From a virus (taxonomy: Duplodnaviria; Heunggongvirae; Uroviricota; Caudoviricetes), in the IMG/VR virus record IMGVR_UViG_3300025765_000001: 64,000 bases of DNA; one strand, written 5' to 3'. The notes under the pieces were generated by a model that ran no database searches, had not been told where the DNA came from, and worked only from the letters and a program-made list of their open reading frames with translations. The position numbers and the translations under genes were made by a program. Every line of letters starts with the position of its first letter. The first letter of the stretch is position 1. Positions 28,000 to 38,463 of the stretch are shown here, in pieces.

Positions 28000-28695
28000 T
28001 CACAGAACTACCAAGTCATCGTTGGTTATGTAAATCAGATTGCATCCTTTACCGGCTGGAACTACTAACTTGCATCTCCCCTTTCCCCGGTTATCTACCG
28101 TCGTCATCACTTGATGTATGATCCTCATACTAAAGCTGTGAGCGTCGTGTATGAACAACGTAAATTTGCTATCTAGGTAAGGGAATGTTGCCTCGAAGTC
28201 CTCTACCAAACTCTTGTCATCATGCATGGCGTCTATAAACACCACATCTAGTTTGTCTGTTGAGAGGTCATACGTCCTGCCAAGACGATCACTGGTATGT
28301 TGTGGGCTACACCCTACCTCCGCTCGGACAACGCCGCTTAGCCTAAAACGCTTGATTAGCTTCAAAAATCGCTTGTAGCCGACGCTCTTGGGGAACGATT
28401 CAACCTCGTAGTATAGTTCGCCACTGTTCTCCTCCACATATGCGTCCATAGTCACAAGTCGCCCGCCGTTATCCTTGAGAGCCAGCCCCATAGCTAATGC
28501 TGATATTCCACAACCAGTAGCCAAGTCGTATCCAGCCTTGTAACCCATCTGTTTGATATGGCTAAAAACAAAGTTAAACTCGTCATTGGATATAGACCAA
28601 GGATATTTGTGGTCTGTGAATTTGAGGTTGTTAATTTCTGGATCAGCAACCTCATAGATACCGGATTTTACCAATTCCTTGTAAACTGGATTCAC
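28000..28695 (-). CDS. class I SAM-dependent methyltransferase (Methyltransf_24-like)
   Basis: DLATGCGIS, DVVFIDAMH, FIHD; GTG start overlapping the upstream stop. Confidence 0.75.
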   Translation of the reverse strand: MNPVYKELVKSGIYEVADPEINNLKFTDHKYPWSISNDEFNFVFSHIKQMGYKAGYDLATGCGISALAMGLALKDNGGRLVTMDAYVEENSGELYYEVESFPKSVGYKRFLKLIKRFRLSGVVRAEVGCSPQHTSDRLGRTYDLSTDKLDVVFIDAMHDDKSLVEDFEATFPYLDSKFTLFIHDAHSFSMRIIHQVMTTVDNRGKGRCKLVVPAGKGCNLIYITNDDLVVL

Positions 28696-30059
28696 TTGTG
28701 GTTCCTCAAGTAGTGTTCTAGGTCTTCCGGGGTGCCCAGCCCCCACATCTCTCTGATTTGGTAGTGTCTAATTTTCTTGCCATCGGATATAGCCTCGTTG
28801 TACACCGGGGCGACGTAGAACTCGTTATTGGTCCTGACATCTTTTTCTATCATTTGTTCAGCGTACTTGACGTAATCAGAACCTTTGTTCCAATAGTATA
28901 TTCCTACATTTGCTATGTTTGAGATAGGTATCTTCTCTGCTACCTGACACACAAATCCGTTGTCGTCTAGTTTTACATAGCTCCATTTGGGATGTGTGGC
29001 ATTGAAAGTCAATATACCGCCGTCTATATCAGAGGCACACATGGAATACATGAATTCGCTGCTATCCCAATCGATAAATTGATCTGAATTAGCTATTAGC
29101 AGGTGGTGGTCGCTGTCTATCAAGTGCTTAGCTAGTAACGTCGTACAAGCCGCACCCTCTGTCAAACCCTGAGTGCAGACGACTTCGCAGCCTGGGCGAA
29201 TCAGATTCAACATTTGTTTGAGGTTGTACTGATCGTAATGCTCCTGCTGCACGATGAAAATAAATTTGCCCTCCAGCCCCAGATTCTCAACCACCAGTTG
29301 AATCATCGGTTTGCCAAGCACGTCGATTAGAGGCTTGGGGAACGTATAACCAGCCGCTTGAAATCTCTTTCCGGCCCCGGCCATAGGAATTAGCACATTG
29401 AGCTTATCGCTTCTCCACTTCTGTCTATTGGAATCTACGCTGATTATCTGTTGCATAATGTTCTCGTAAGTAACCTCATCCATCCGCTCTATGCCGAACA
29501 AGTGTGCCCCCGCCTCCAGTGCAGCCTTGCGGCCCTGGGAAGAGTCCTCTACCACGAGGCACTCTTTTGGGTTCACGCCAGCATGTACCATGCAACGAAG
29601 ATAAATCTCAGAATGAGGTTTAGGGTGAACGACATCTTCGTTGGAGATGAAATAGTCTACGTACTCAATCAACCCGGTACGGATCAGCATCAGCTTCATC
29701 GTCTCTCTAATCGAATTGCTAGCTACGTAAATTCGGTACTTCTTCCTCAGAGCTTTCAATACATCGCAGAGGCGATGATCGATCTTCAGTGACGAGTTGA
29801 TGACCTCGATGGTGTGGTCTTGCTTGTCATGCCAGATTTGGTCGTAAGTTTCGGCTGGAAGACCCTTATTACTCGTGAGGAGTTGCAGTTTCTTGCGTGT
29901 CGGGAGGCCGTCGTAGATGAAGAAATGCTCGTTACGCTGTATAACAAAGCGAGAACCATGTTTCTCTAACGCCTTGTTCAGAGCTTGGTAGTGTATCTCT
30001 TTGGCATCGACCAGCACGCCGTCTAGATCAAAGATGATGAGCTTAATAGGCTTGTCCAT
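28692..30059 (-). CDS. HAD phosphatase fused to sugar nucleotidyltransferase-like domain
   Basis: FDLDGVL, PKP, EDS; IPMAGAGKRF..PKPLI, NSDQ, GLGTPEDL. Confidence 0.88.
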   Translation of the reverse strand: MDKPIKLIIFDLDGVLVDAKEIHYQALNKALEKHGSRFVIQRNEHFFIYDGLPTRKKLQLLTSNKGLPAETYDQIWHDKQDHTIEVINSSLKIDHRLCDVLKALRKKYRIYVASNSIRETMKLMLIRTGLIEYVDYFISNEDVVHPKPHSEIYLRCMVHAGVNPKECLVVEDSSQGRKAALEAGAHLFGIERMDEVTYENIMQQIISVDSNRQKWRSDKLNVLIPMAGAGKRFQAAGYTFPKPLIDVLGKPMIQLVVENLGLEGKFIFIVQQEHYDQYNLKQMLNLIRPGCEVVCTQGLTEGAACTTLLAKHLIDSDHHLLIANSDQFIDWDSSEFMYSMCASDIDGGILTFNATHPKWSYVKLDDNGFVCQVAEKIPISNIANVGIYYWNKGSDYVKYAEQMIEKDVRTNNEFYVAPVYNEAISDGKKIRHYQIREMWGLGTPEDLEHYLRNHK

Positions 30060-30082
30060 GCCATATGTATGGCTGGAAAAAC

Positions 30083-30113
30083 AAAACGCCGGGCCTTTTC
30101 AGGCCCGGCGTTT
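30083..30113 (-). terminator. intrinsic terminator
   Basis: ACGCCGGGCC hairpin with T tract on minus strand. Confidence 0.75.
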
Positions 30114-30434
30114 GGTTCGAGTAAGCGGGATTCTGGTTTATGCCTACATTTATCTCACAGGCACTTGTCACCTGTGGGCAGTCTATTACGACACGCCTGC
30201 ACCTACCAGACCTTCACAGCCCTGCTCACCGGCTCCAGTCTATTTGGCTTGCATCCTCCGTGGTGCAGACGACCCTCGCTGGCGTACCAGCTACTCGGTC
30301 TCCCACGTTAAGCAGTGATGTCCCGACTTTCCTCTACCACGGTTGGCGATCCCGCAGCAGCGTAGGCTCCGAACCAAAGTCCATTATAGAAGTCCGCATC
30401 ATTTCGTCAATGATGCGGACTAGGTGCGTACTTG

Positions 30435-31157
30435 TCAGTTTCTTTCTTCTGATTCCGGCTTCGGCTTCTTGATCTCTACCACGTCGGCGGCAACATTCCT
30501 GAACACATGCTTCGACATCTGCTCGAAAAGATCGCCGAGCCAAGCGTAGATGCGGTTCCACAGATCGTAAAGTAGATCGCCGAGCAAATACCAGAACAGC
30601 GACCAGGGCCAGAACGCCATCCAGGTGATAATCTTGGTCTTGTTCTCCCATGCTCTGGGCCGCACGGTAAGAACCCTGTCATTGATGTCCTTGGAGAGTT
30701 TGGCATCCCACCTGTGAACCGGGACAAACGGCTTTTTTGGACGGGACCATTCATCGCTGTTGAGCAGGTAGAGTGTCCACTTCTTCTTCAATTCTTCGGG
30801 GATTTCCTTAGCATCTAGCAAGCCCTCCTCCCGAAGCCAAGCTAACTTGGCATCTTCGTACTTCCGACGCCGCTTGTGCAGGAAGACAAACCATTTGATA
30901 AAGCCCCATGTGATGCCCAGGCCGATGAATCCACCTGCGTAGGGTACGATCATGTAGGGCCGCTCAATGAGCGTTTTGACGAGGCCAGTGTCACCAAGAA
31001 ACACGCAGGCTGCCAGGAAAGCGAGGACCGAGAATCCGGCCCAATACCATCTGTTTTCTTCAATGGCCCAGATGATACAACTGCTCACCACTAGAAAGAG
31101 TAGCCAGAAGAGAGGACTGCCCAGGGTGAAGAGTACAATGAGAGGTTCGATGGTCAT
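30435..31157 (-). CDS. multi-pass membrane protein
   Basis: Several hydrophobic Trp-rich segments. Confidence 0.7.
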   Translation of the reverse strand: MTIEPLIVLFTLGSPLFWLLFLVVSSCIIWAIEENRWYWAGFSVLAFLAACVFLGDTGLVKTLIERPYMIVPYAGGFIGLGITWGFIKWFVFLHKRRRKYEDAKLAWLREEGLLDAKEIPEELKKKWTLYLLNSDEWSRPKKPFVPVHRWDAKLSKDINDRVLTVRPRAWENKTKIITWMAFWPWSLFWYLLGDLLYDLWNRIYAWLGDLFEQMSKHVFRNVAADVVEIKKPKPESEERN

Positions 31158-31405
31158 GGTTCTAATTCTTCATTGAGCAGATAGTTGAGGATATCTTGTA
31201 CGCTTACAAAGCATTCCTCTTCCGCCTTAGTTATGTTGAGTTTCTTGACATGCTCGAATTTCCTTTCGAGCCGGAAAGACAGGTCGGTGAGATCGAGTGA
31301 GTCTGCCCCCAGGTCTTCCTTGAACCTATCCGTGTTCTTGATGTTCCTCCAATCAACTTGAAAGCATTCCCCAATGACTTCCTTAACTCGTTGTTCGAGA
31401 GCCAT
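31154..31405 (-). CDS. acpP: acyl carrier protein
   Basis: DLGADSLD phosphopantetheine motif; 83 aa. Confidence 0.85.
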   Translation of the reverse strand: MALEQRVKEVIGECFQVDWRNIKNTDRFKEDLGADSLDLTDLSFRLERKFEHVKKLNITKAEEECFVSVQDILNYLLNEELEP

Positions 31406-31480
31406 CAGTTCGGTTCCTCCATAGAAAACTGAAGTTGCACAATGGTATCGAAATTTGAATTAAATGTAAAGAGCAACACC

Positions 31481-31516
31481 AAAAAGAAACCCACGGTAAA
31501 GATACCGTGGGTTTCT
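31481..31516 (-). terminator. terminator after tRNA-Leu
   Basis: AGAAACCCACGGTA/TACCGTGGGTTTCT plus T tract. Confidence 0.8.
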
Positions 31517-31520
31517 AAAG

Positions 31521-31603
31521 TGCCCTTGGCAGGACTCGAACCTGCACGCCTTACGGTACATGGTCCTAAGCCATGCGTGTCTGCCTGATTCCACCACAAG
31601 GGC
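31521..31603 (-). tRNA. tRNA-Leu(TAG)
   Basis: GCCCTTG/CAAGGGC-A, CATGG-CTTAGGA-CCATG, class II. Confidence 0.93.
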
Positions 31604-31824
31604 ATTAAGGCCAGTTTTCTTTAGCCCTTTTCGATCCGGAGATCGTTGCACCACCGCCTTAGCTCTCCTGGCCTTATCCCCGCATTGTGTTTATACAGCA
31701 TTGGGGTTGTTCTACTGTGTTTAGTCGAGCATGTTGGTGATGTTGGACTGCTACTCCTATATAGTACGATGTCACGCAAAATTCGTCAATAGCATTTACT
31801 TGGCTGCCCTGGTAAAATGCTAAC

Positions 31825-32554
31825 ATGATTTACTCTACCTGCCGACAAGTAGAAGTTGAGGATTCACGCTTCATAACCTGTGAGAGGTGCCGTGGAAAGC
31901 ACGCCGAAAAAACAAGGAAGATCAGGAACAAGAAACCGGTTAATTGCACGGTATACGGGACGCCTCATTGTGATAGGAAGCCCAACGGCTATCCTTTTAA
32001 GCTCTGTGCTGTCTGCCGTGAGGCTGGCCTAACTAGAGTAACCCACTGCAAACAGCAACTTCTAGAGCGTTTGGCAACCGAACACAAATGTGTAAATTGC
32101 GGTTCTGTCTTTAATGTTTCTTCAGGGAACACCTTATGTGAAACGTGCCGAGAGAAAAATAAAACCAACCAGCAAGAGGCTAGAAAAAGGACGAATCGAA
32201 AATGGTCTTTGCCACATGTGCAGCGGCGAACGACAGGATAAAATCGGCAGATGCTATCGGTGCGTACTAAAGGCGATATCCTACGTTTGCTTGGAAACAC
32301 GTTATCGGTGGAAAGAGATAGGTCTAATTCTGTTTGAAAAACAAAATCAGACCTGCGTGTATTCCGGTCAACCTATCAAGTTAGGTGTCGATACTTCCAT
32401 AGATCATAGAGTGCCACTTAGCAGAGGAGGTACACACGCCGCCGATAACCTGCAATGGGTTCGCATAGATATCAATACGGCGAAGAGCGGACTTCTTGAA
32501 GAAGAATTCCTATCAATGATTTCCCAGATTCACTCTCACCGACTAGCATCCTGA
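31825..32554 (+). pseudogene. HNH endonuclease with N-terminal CxxC repeats, frameshifted
   Basis: Repeated CxxC; C-terminal CVYSG..SIDHRVPLSRGG..NLQWV..N..K in a second frame. Confidence 0.7.
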
Positions 32555-33138
32555 TCCTTCTTTTGCTTCGCCTTCTTGCGGGCCTCCTCGATCTCTTCGT
32601 CAAAGTTCGATTCCCGAATGACACGCCTTAGCCGCACTTCGACTTCCACGATGCCGCAGCTTTTGACGCATTTCTTGTTTTCTTCGAGGTCTTTGACAGA
32701 TGGGAAAATCCTGTTGCCGCCCTTGGCACCACCGAGTTCGTAATCGAAATCCACCTTATCCATGTAGCCGATTACGACACCTTGTTCGTCTCCCCAGATT
32801 GGTTCCGTGAACGTCTTCTTTTCATGGTCGATCATTTCTTTGGGTGCGGTGAGTAGTCCCACGTCCGCAACTTTGTTTGGTTGGTCGAGTAACTGTGATT
32901 TGTCAACAGTCACCCGATTGCCTATCGTATTCACTTGGGCTGGCAGTGTCAAGGATACCTTGTCAGCAGACACCCCATGCGAAGTCACCCAGAGCCAGGG
33001 CGTTTCGCTCTCTCGATCAAGCAGGCGTGCTGGGACGGTGAATTGAAATACGGTGCCTTCAATTAAGCGACTTTCCAACACCACGTAATTGCCACGTTCC
33101 TCGACAACCTTAACTTTAAGTTTTACTTGCTTGTCCAT
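32536..33138 (-). CDS. hypothetical protein
   Basis: 200-aa ORF. Confidence 0.65.
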   Translation of the reverse strand: MDKQVKLKVKVVEERGNYVVLESRLIEGTVFQFTVPARLLDRESETPWLWVTSHGVSADKVSLTLPAQVNTIGNRVTVDKSQLLDQPNKVADVGLLTAPKEMIDHEKKTFTEPIWGDEQGVVIGYMDKVDFDYELGGAKGGNRIFPSVKDLEENKKCVKSCGIVEVEVRLRRVIRESNFDEEIEEARKKAKQKKDQDASR

Positions 33139-33234
33139 GATCTATAGTAGTTACTAAATCCCAAATTTCAGCTTGTTCTCCAGCAGCTAATTATCTAGAA
33201 TGAAAGCCGGTTGTTATTTTCAGGGGTGACTTCA

Positions 33235-34308
33235 ATGGCTACTAGGGAAGGCAAAACCGTATTCATGGCGAACTCTGAAGATGAAGCCGAAGAGTATTTC
33301 TGGAAAGAGATCAAATCCGCCTGGACCCAATTACGGGAACCGGTGGAGCTAAAGGAGGGCATCAAGCTAGGTGACGTGTACAATATGGTCCAGTCCCGGC
33401 CTGAGCTAAGGTTGCTGGCGAGCATGTGGTGGCCCAATTACCGCAATGTTACGCCCATCGAGGAACCGGACTCGGATCGTCTTATAGTCAGCAGGCAGGG
33501 GATCATCGATAGAAGCGATAGGCTTCTAGTGGTTAATGAACTGGAGACAGAACCAGCGTTGGCTCTGTCAGAAATGCCTTTAGAAGTCAACGACTCCTTC
33601 ATCGTGAAGAAGAAAGTCGTACTCAAGAAGAAACCTGATATAACAACCAAACAGATTCTTGAAGGAAAATACCCGTTCAGTCTACTAGACCTTCTCTGCG
33701 GCCTTTTCCATAACTACGTTTTCTATGGGCCTGTGACTCTTACTAAGTCCGGCCTGTTGGACGAGGATGGAGAACCAGTCGATGATCCTCTGCCATATCT
33801 GCTGTCTGATTGCAAAATAAAAAAGCTAACCCTGGGAGACCTGTTCTCGTGGGTTGAGAATAACAAGGGATTGAAGGATTTCATCTCCATGTACTCATGG
33901 TGCAACGATATAGACGAATTCCACGCTGCATCTAGAAATAAGCCAACAAAGACGGATTTGGATTACTTGGAATGCTACAAAGTAATCGGCAACTGGAGCA
34001 ATCATGCTGAGCTTTGCACCGGATTCCACGGCGTTGGCCCGCCGATCACCGAGGGAATCAAGAACTCCTGCTATGGGGTTGAGTTTTGCGACATGTCAGA
34101 ACTAGCACAACTACCACTGAGAGTAGATGATTCGATCCAGATAGAAACGAAAGAAGGGGTGATAGAATGCCATCACCCCTTCACATTGATAGAAATCTTG
34201 GACTCGGTTTATTGGGAGATATCCTACTTCGGCACTGTCGAACAAATCAAAGCTCTTACCAAACATCGTACCGAGGTCATTCAGGATATTATGTCCCAGG
34301 AGCCTTAG
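33235..34308 (+). CDS. hypothetical protein with internal duplication
   Basis: Two related halves (LGDVY/LGDLF; PFSLLDLL/PFTLIEIL). Confidence 0.7.
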   Translation: MATREGKTVFMANSEDEAEEYFWKEIKSAWTQLREPVELKEGIKLGDVYNMVQSRPELRLLASMWWPNYRNVTPIEEPDSDRLIVSRQGIIDRSDRLLVVNELETEPALALSEMPLEVNDSFIVKKKVVLKKKPDITTKQILEGKYPFSLLDLLCGLFHNYVFYGPVTLTKSGLLDEDGEPVDDPLPYLLSDCKIKKLTLGDLFSWVENNKGLKDFISMYSWCNDIDEFHAASRNKPTKTDLDYLECYKVIGNWSNHAELCTGFHGVGPPITEGIKNSCYGVEFCDMSELAQLPLRVDDSIQIETKEGVIECHHPFTLIEILDSVYWEISYFGTVEQIKALTKHRTEVIQDIMSQEP

Positions 34309-34660
34309 CAGGCGGTGCCCCCGGAGTTGCTGGTGGGGTGCCTCCTGCGGCTGGCGGTGTTCCTGGTGCAGGAGCTTTGGCTGCCTGTGCTAGTTCTTGT
34401 TGCCACGCCGTCAGGTTTTTCGTCAAATCCTGTGCCATCTTTGCTAGATTGGGATCGGCTGGGTTTTTTTGCATTGCAGCCTGCATATCAGTCATGCCCT
34501 TTTGTACTAGAGGCAGTGTCTTGCTTTGGGGTGGGGCAGCAGGCGGCGTTCCAGCAGGTGGAGTGCCAGCCGGTGGTGTCGCTGGGGCAGCCGGGCCAAC
34601 TTCGTTCAACTTCTTGTAGTATGATTCCCGCTGATTGCAAAAGTATTTGAACGTCTTCAT
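34289..34660 (-). CDS. Pro/Ala-rich protein with capsid-targeting-like N-terminus
   Basis: MKTFKYF..LNE, then TPPA repeats. Confidence 0.65.
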   Translation of the reverse strand: MKTFKYFCNQRESYYKKLNEVGPAAPATPPAGTPPAGTPPAAPPQSKTLPLVQKGMTDMQAAMQKNPADPNLAKMAQDLTKNLTAWQQELAQAAKAPAPGTPPAAGGTPPATPGAPPAKAPGT

Positions 34661-34674
34661 AACCTATATATCTC

Positions 34675-35559
34675 CTAGCTCGTAAATGTATAGTAATCTT
34701 CGAGCGTGCAATTCTCGTTGAACTCATCGTCTTTAATGGTTCCTGGGGCTATCACAGACCCACTGGTGGATATGATGGCACCCTGAATACCTCCCTCTTC
34801 CGGGGGTTGTAGGAACCACTTCATAAGCTCTTCTTGCTCTACCTCCTTGATCTCTTCAAAGAGGTTGTTGATAACCTGTGCGAATTCAGAGTTGTCAGTG
34901 TCATCTATCTTGTAGTTGAACTTGCAAACCCCGTTCTGGAATACATGAATCTTCTTGATGTTGACTACCGAGTTGGCTGCCTTTGGCTCAGCAACGACCA
35001 CAAATCCCCACTCTAGAGGGTTGTCCAGGTCATACGGATTCTTGCCAGTGAAGTAGATTTCCTTGGCATCTGGAGAAATACAGCCAGATTCCTCGTACTC
35101 GTAGTCTATAGCCATGAATCGGTCGCCGATCAACGAACTACGATCCCATTGGGTGACTATCTCGCCGGTCCTGTAGTTGATCTTGGCTGAAATAACTGGC
35201 GAATCAATTTCCTCACTCATATCTGGCTTCATCAATTTCAATGTCCTGAAACCAGTTAGATCAGGCTCGTCTAGCTCTTCAACAAAAGCCTGCATATAGG
35301 TCTGACCGACTACAAAATAACCCTTGACACTACCCAAGGATATGGGTTGCTTTTTTGTCTTGTAGATAACACCGACGCCAGACCCGCTTCCCAGCGTAGT
35401 AGAGCCGGAAAGTACGGCGTATTCCTCGCCCTCATGTCTCTCGTCCTTGATCCTATAGTCTGGCAGACGGCAAATGAATTTCTGCCAAACTATCTCAGGA
35501 CATGGCCGCACTGCGGAACGTCTAGCTAGTTCTTTCAGAATGTCGGTTTGATTTGCCAT
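34675..35559 (-). CDS. hypothetical protein
   Basis: 294-aa ORF with RBS AAGGAG. Confidence 0.7.
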   Translation of the reverse strand: MANQTDILKELARRSAVRPCPEIVWQKFICRLPDYRIKDERHEGEEYAVLSGSTTLGSGSGVGVIYKTKKQPISLGSVKGYFVVGQTYMQAFVEELDEPDLTGFRTLKLMKPDMSEEIDSPVISAKINYRTGEIVTQWDRSSLIGDRFMAIDYEYEESGCISPDAKEIYFTGKNPYDLDNPLEWGFVVVAEPKAANSVVNIKKIHVFQNGVCKFNYKIDDTDNSEFAQVINNLFEEIKEVEQEELMKWFLQPPEEGGIQGAIISTSGSVIAPGTIKDDEFNENCTLEDYYTFTS

Positions 35560-35653
35560 CTCTACTCCTTTTAAGCCTTTCCGAAGGTATATATCACTGT
35601 AGTCTTTGGAAAACAGGGGTTACATTTTCAGGAAAGGGTGGTATAATCTTGGC

Positions 35654-37084
35654 ATGAGCAAGGCGGTTATTTCAGTACAGAACTGCTATTCTTGGCTAGA
35701 AACCAACAGCGAAGAAATTAGATCGACACTATGGCGTGCCCTTCGCTTCAAAGAAAGAAACTACTTCCACAGCCGTCTATACAAACAAAAGAAGTGGGAC
35801 GGCTATACCGAATTCTTCAAGCCAGAGAGCGGCAGATTTTTGACTGGTCTGCTACCGGAGGTAGAGTATGCCTTGAATCATCTGAAGTGCGACTATCGCA
35901 TTCTGGATGAGCGAAGCCAGTACGATTTCCGCTACAACTCCATTACCGATAACTTCCTGCAACAATGGCAGAAGTCGGGCACCAAGCCAGTTACGCTATA
36001 CGACTACCAAGTTGACCTGTGCAACCAAATCCTAAAGCACAGAAGGGGTGTTATCCAAGCCCCTACCTCAGCAGGCAAAACAAACATTATGATATCGATA
36101 TTGAAATGCCTGCCGGTTAATTGCCCAACCGTCATTCTAGCTAACAAGAAAAGCTTAGTCTCTCAAAACTACGATGAGATGATAAAGTGGGGCTTCTCCA
36201 ACGCAGGCAGACTATACGACAAATACGAAGAACCGAACATCATTACCTGTGCCACAGTCCAATCGCTTCACAAAATGGATAAGGTGCTGGGCAAGATTCG
36301 ATGTCTGATCGTAGATGAGATTCACGAGATGATGTCGAAAGAACCACGGAAGTTTTACAACAAGATGAAGGCAGCCTCCGTTCGGGTCGCTATCAGTGCC
36401 ACACCATTTAAGTTCGGCGGCAATGACAAAAGCCAGAAGTATGCCGTCAAGGGATTCTTCGGCCCGGTAATGCGTACTCATGTGGTCGAGGGCGGAGTCC
36501 TCACCACTGATTTCCTACAAGAACGTGGCACCCTGTCTAAGTCTCGATGTGTTTTCTACCCGATCACCGAGCCGCAGATACCCTACGACATCTACATGGA
36601 TGCCGTCACCAACGGCATTGCTGAAAACTGGCAGTTCCACAACATTGTGAAGAGACTAGCCATTACGCTGAAGGGACGGACTCTAGTTCTGGTCGAGCGT
36701 ATATCCCACGGTGATACGCTCAATAAGCTAATCCCTGGGTCTCTTTGGGTGCAAGGTAAGGACGACGATGACACCAGAAAGCAGGTAATCAAGCAGCTAC
36801 AACACAACGAACAATGTATTGCCATAGCTACCCAGGGCATTTTCAATACTGGCATCAACGTATTTGTTCACAACCTCATTAACGCTGCTGGCGGACAGGC
36901 AGACCACCAAATCGTCCAGAGAATGGGCCGTGGCCTCCGTACCGCTGAGGATAAGGAAATCCTCAACTACTATGACTTCGTGTTCAACATCAATAATTAC
37001 CTACTAGATCACTCCAAGAAGAGAATTAAGATTCTCTCCAAGGAAGGGCATGATTTGGAGGTCAAAAAGACCATAGACTTCTAG
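35654..37084 (+). CDS. uvsW: UvsW-like SF2 helicase
   Basis: LYDYQ, APTSAGKT, DEIH, SATP, QRMGRGLR. Confidence 0.88.
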   Translation: MSKAVISVQNCYSWLETNSEEIRSTLWRALRFKERNYFHSRLYKQKKWDGYTEFFKPESGRFLTGLLPEVEYALNHLKCDYRILDERSQYDFRYNSITDNFLQQWQKSGTKPVTLYDYQVDLCNQILKHRRGVIQAPTSAGKTNIMISILKCLPVNCPTVILANKKSLVSQNYDEMIKWGFSNAGRLYDKYEEPNIITCATVQSLHKMDKVLGKIRCLIVDEIHEMMSKEPRKFYNKMKAASVRVAISATPFKFGGNDKSQKYAVKGFFGPVMRTHVVEGGVLTTDFLQERGTLSKSRCVFYPITEPQIPYDIYMDAVTNGIAENWQFHNIVKRLAITLKGRTLVLVERISHGDTLNKLIPGSLWVQGKDDDDTRKQVIKQLQHNEQCIAIATQGIFNTGINVFVHNLINAAGGQADHQIVQRMGRGLRTAEDKEILNYYDFVFNINNYLLDHSKKRIKILSKEGHDLEVKKTIDF

Positions 37085-37106
37085 CCATACGCTACATAGA
37101 TAACGT

Positions 37107-38462
37107 ATGGATTTCAAACTCTGGCTTGAGTACGAGGAATACGGAAACCTAGATTCCGAGGTTGAGTTCTTCCTAGATAGGGTCAAGAAATCAACCCTGT
37201 CCTCTATGACAATGGAAGGCGGACATCTCACGTTCAGGTTTCCGAACTATTCCAAAATGTACTCTGTCCCAGCCACTAGTCCGTACCCACAGATCAATGT
37301 CAGGCCACTAGCTTTAGCTGCCCACACTCAATATGATGGCCCTATTGTATCGGAAGGCATCAAGGAAAAAGAAGGCGGCAAAGGGAGGCTCACCTACGAT
37401 GCCGGAGTAGAGGCGGGGTTCATCAAGCCGTTCCGAGCTAACAAAGATGTGACCAAATTCCAGAAAGCATTAGACAGCAAGATTCATCTAATATCGAAGG
37501 ATATGGGCCTCCTCTTTGAGACCGAAGTATTCATAGCCCTTATTACGGGCAAAAAGCTGAAACCAGTAAACGGTCACGGCCTCCCAGAAGCCAAGGAGAT
37601 TCGCAATCACCATTTGGAAGCCATCAAAGCTCGCATAACCAACGGTGCTGTGTATAGAAGGATCGTCGTTCTGGTCCGTAGTCACGGCATCGATCTAGCC
37701 AACCAGATATACTACCGAGCGATGCAGAATCAGACTCTTCAAAAAAAGTGCCAGGGTCAGATAACTCAGGTAGAGTTCTCTGGGGGTTCTTCTGGTTGGG
37801 GTGTGACCGACATAGCCGACATCAAGATCGGGTGCGATTTAGACAAGATGGGATTTGCTACCAAGTTCACCAGTGAGGCAAAGGTAGCATACCGCAGCCT
37901 GTCTGCTCAGACAATGTACTCTATTCTTGGCGGAAGCGAACCATCTACATTCGAGGACGAACTGAAGAAGGCTATGGCTATCGACACCAGCGAAGCCAAA
38001 CAGTTCATGATCGACACCTACCACGGACTAGCCAAACAACTAATGGCTGGTAATCCAAACAAGTTCGTTGAATTCCTCAACTACGTCCTCACCGCTGGCA
38101 AAAACACGTTCTCGGCAGCCAGGAATTATACCAGGAATATGGGTGGGGCGTTCTGGTCTGGAGCTATGCAAAGGGATTTCATTACCTCTGATACACCAGC
38201 CACGCCACTCAGCCCGAAGGACGGGGCTGTGGTCACAGTGGGTGCTAACCAGACCTATGTAAAAATGTTATACAAGCTCCAAGGCGGGTCTAGAGATGGA
38301 ACTTATGTGACTTTGGAACCTGATGTCAAAGTCGCCGATCTCTTTGGCGACGAAGACGACTTCACCCCATCGACTACCAATATAGCCAGAGTAGTCGTAA
38401 AGGTGAACAACATCGCTACCGACAGGTTCAACAACAACAAACCCGGACGGTTCAACAAGTGA
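37107..38462 (+). CDS. hypothetical protein, putative virion-internal
   Basis: N-terminus MDFKLWLE. Confidence 0.7.
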   Translation: MDFKLWLEYEEYGNLDSEVEFFLDRVKKSTLSSMTMEGGHLTFRFPNYSKMYSVPATSPYPQINVRPLALAAHTQYDGPIVSEGIKEKEGGKGRLTYDAGVEAGFIKPFRANKDVTKFQKALDSKIHLISKDMGLLFETEVFIALITGKKLKPVNGHGLPEAKEIRNHHLEAIKARITNGAVYRRIVVLVRSHGIDLANQIYYRAMQNQTLQKKCQGQITQVEFSGGSSGWGVTDIADIKIGCDLDKMGFATKFTSEAKVAYRSLSAQTMYSILGGSEPSTFEDELKKAMAIDTSEAKQFMIDTYHGLAKQLMAGNPNKFVEFLNYVLTAGKNTFSAARNYTRNMGGAFWSGAMQRDFITSDTPATPLSPKDGAVVTVGANQTYVKMLYKLQGGSRDGTYVTLEPDVKVADLFGDEDDFTPSTTNIARVVVKVNNIATDRFNNNKPGRFNK

Positions 38463-38463
38463 T

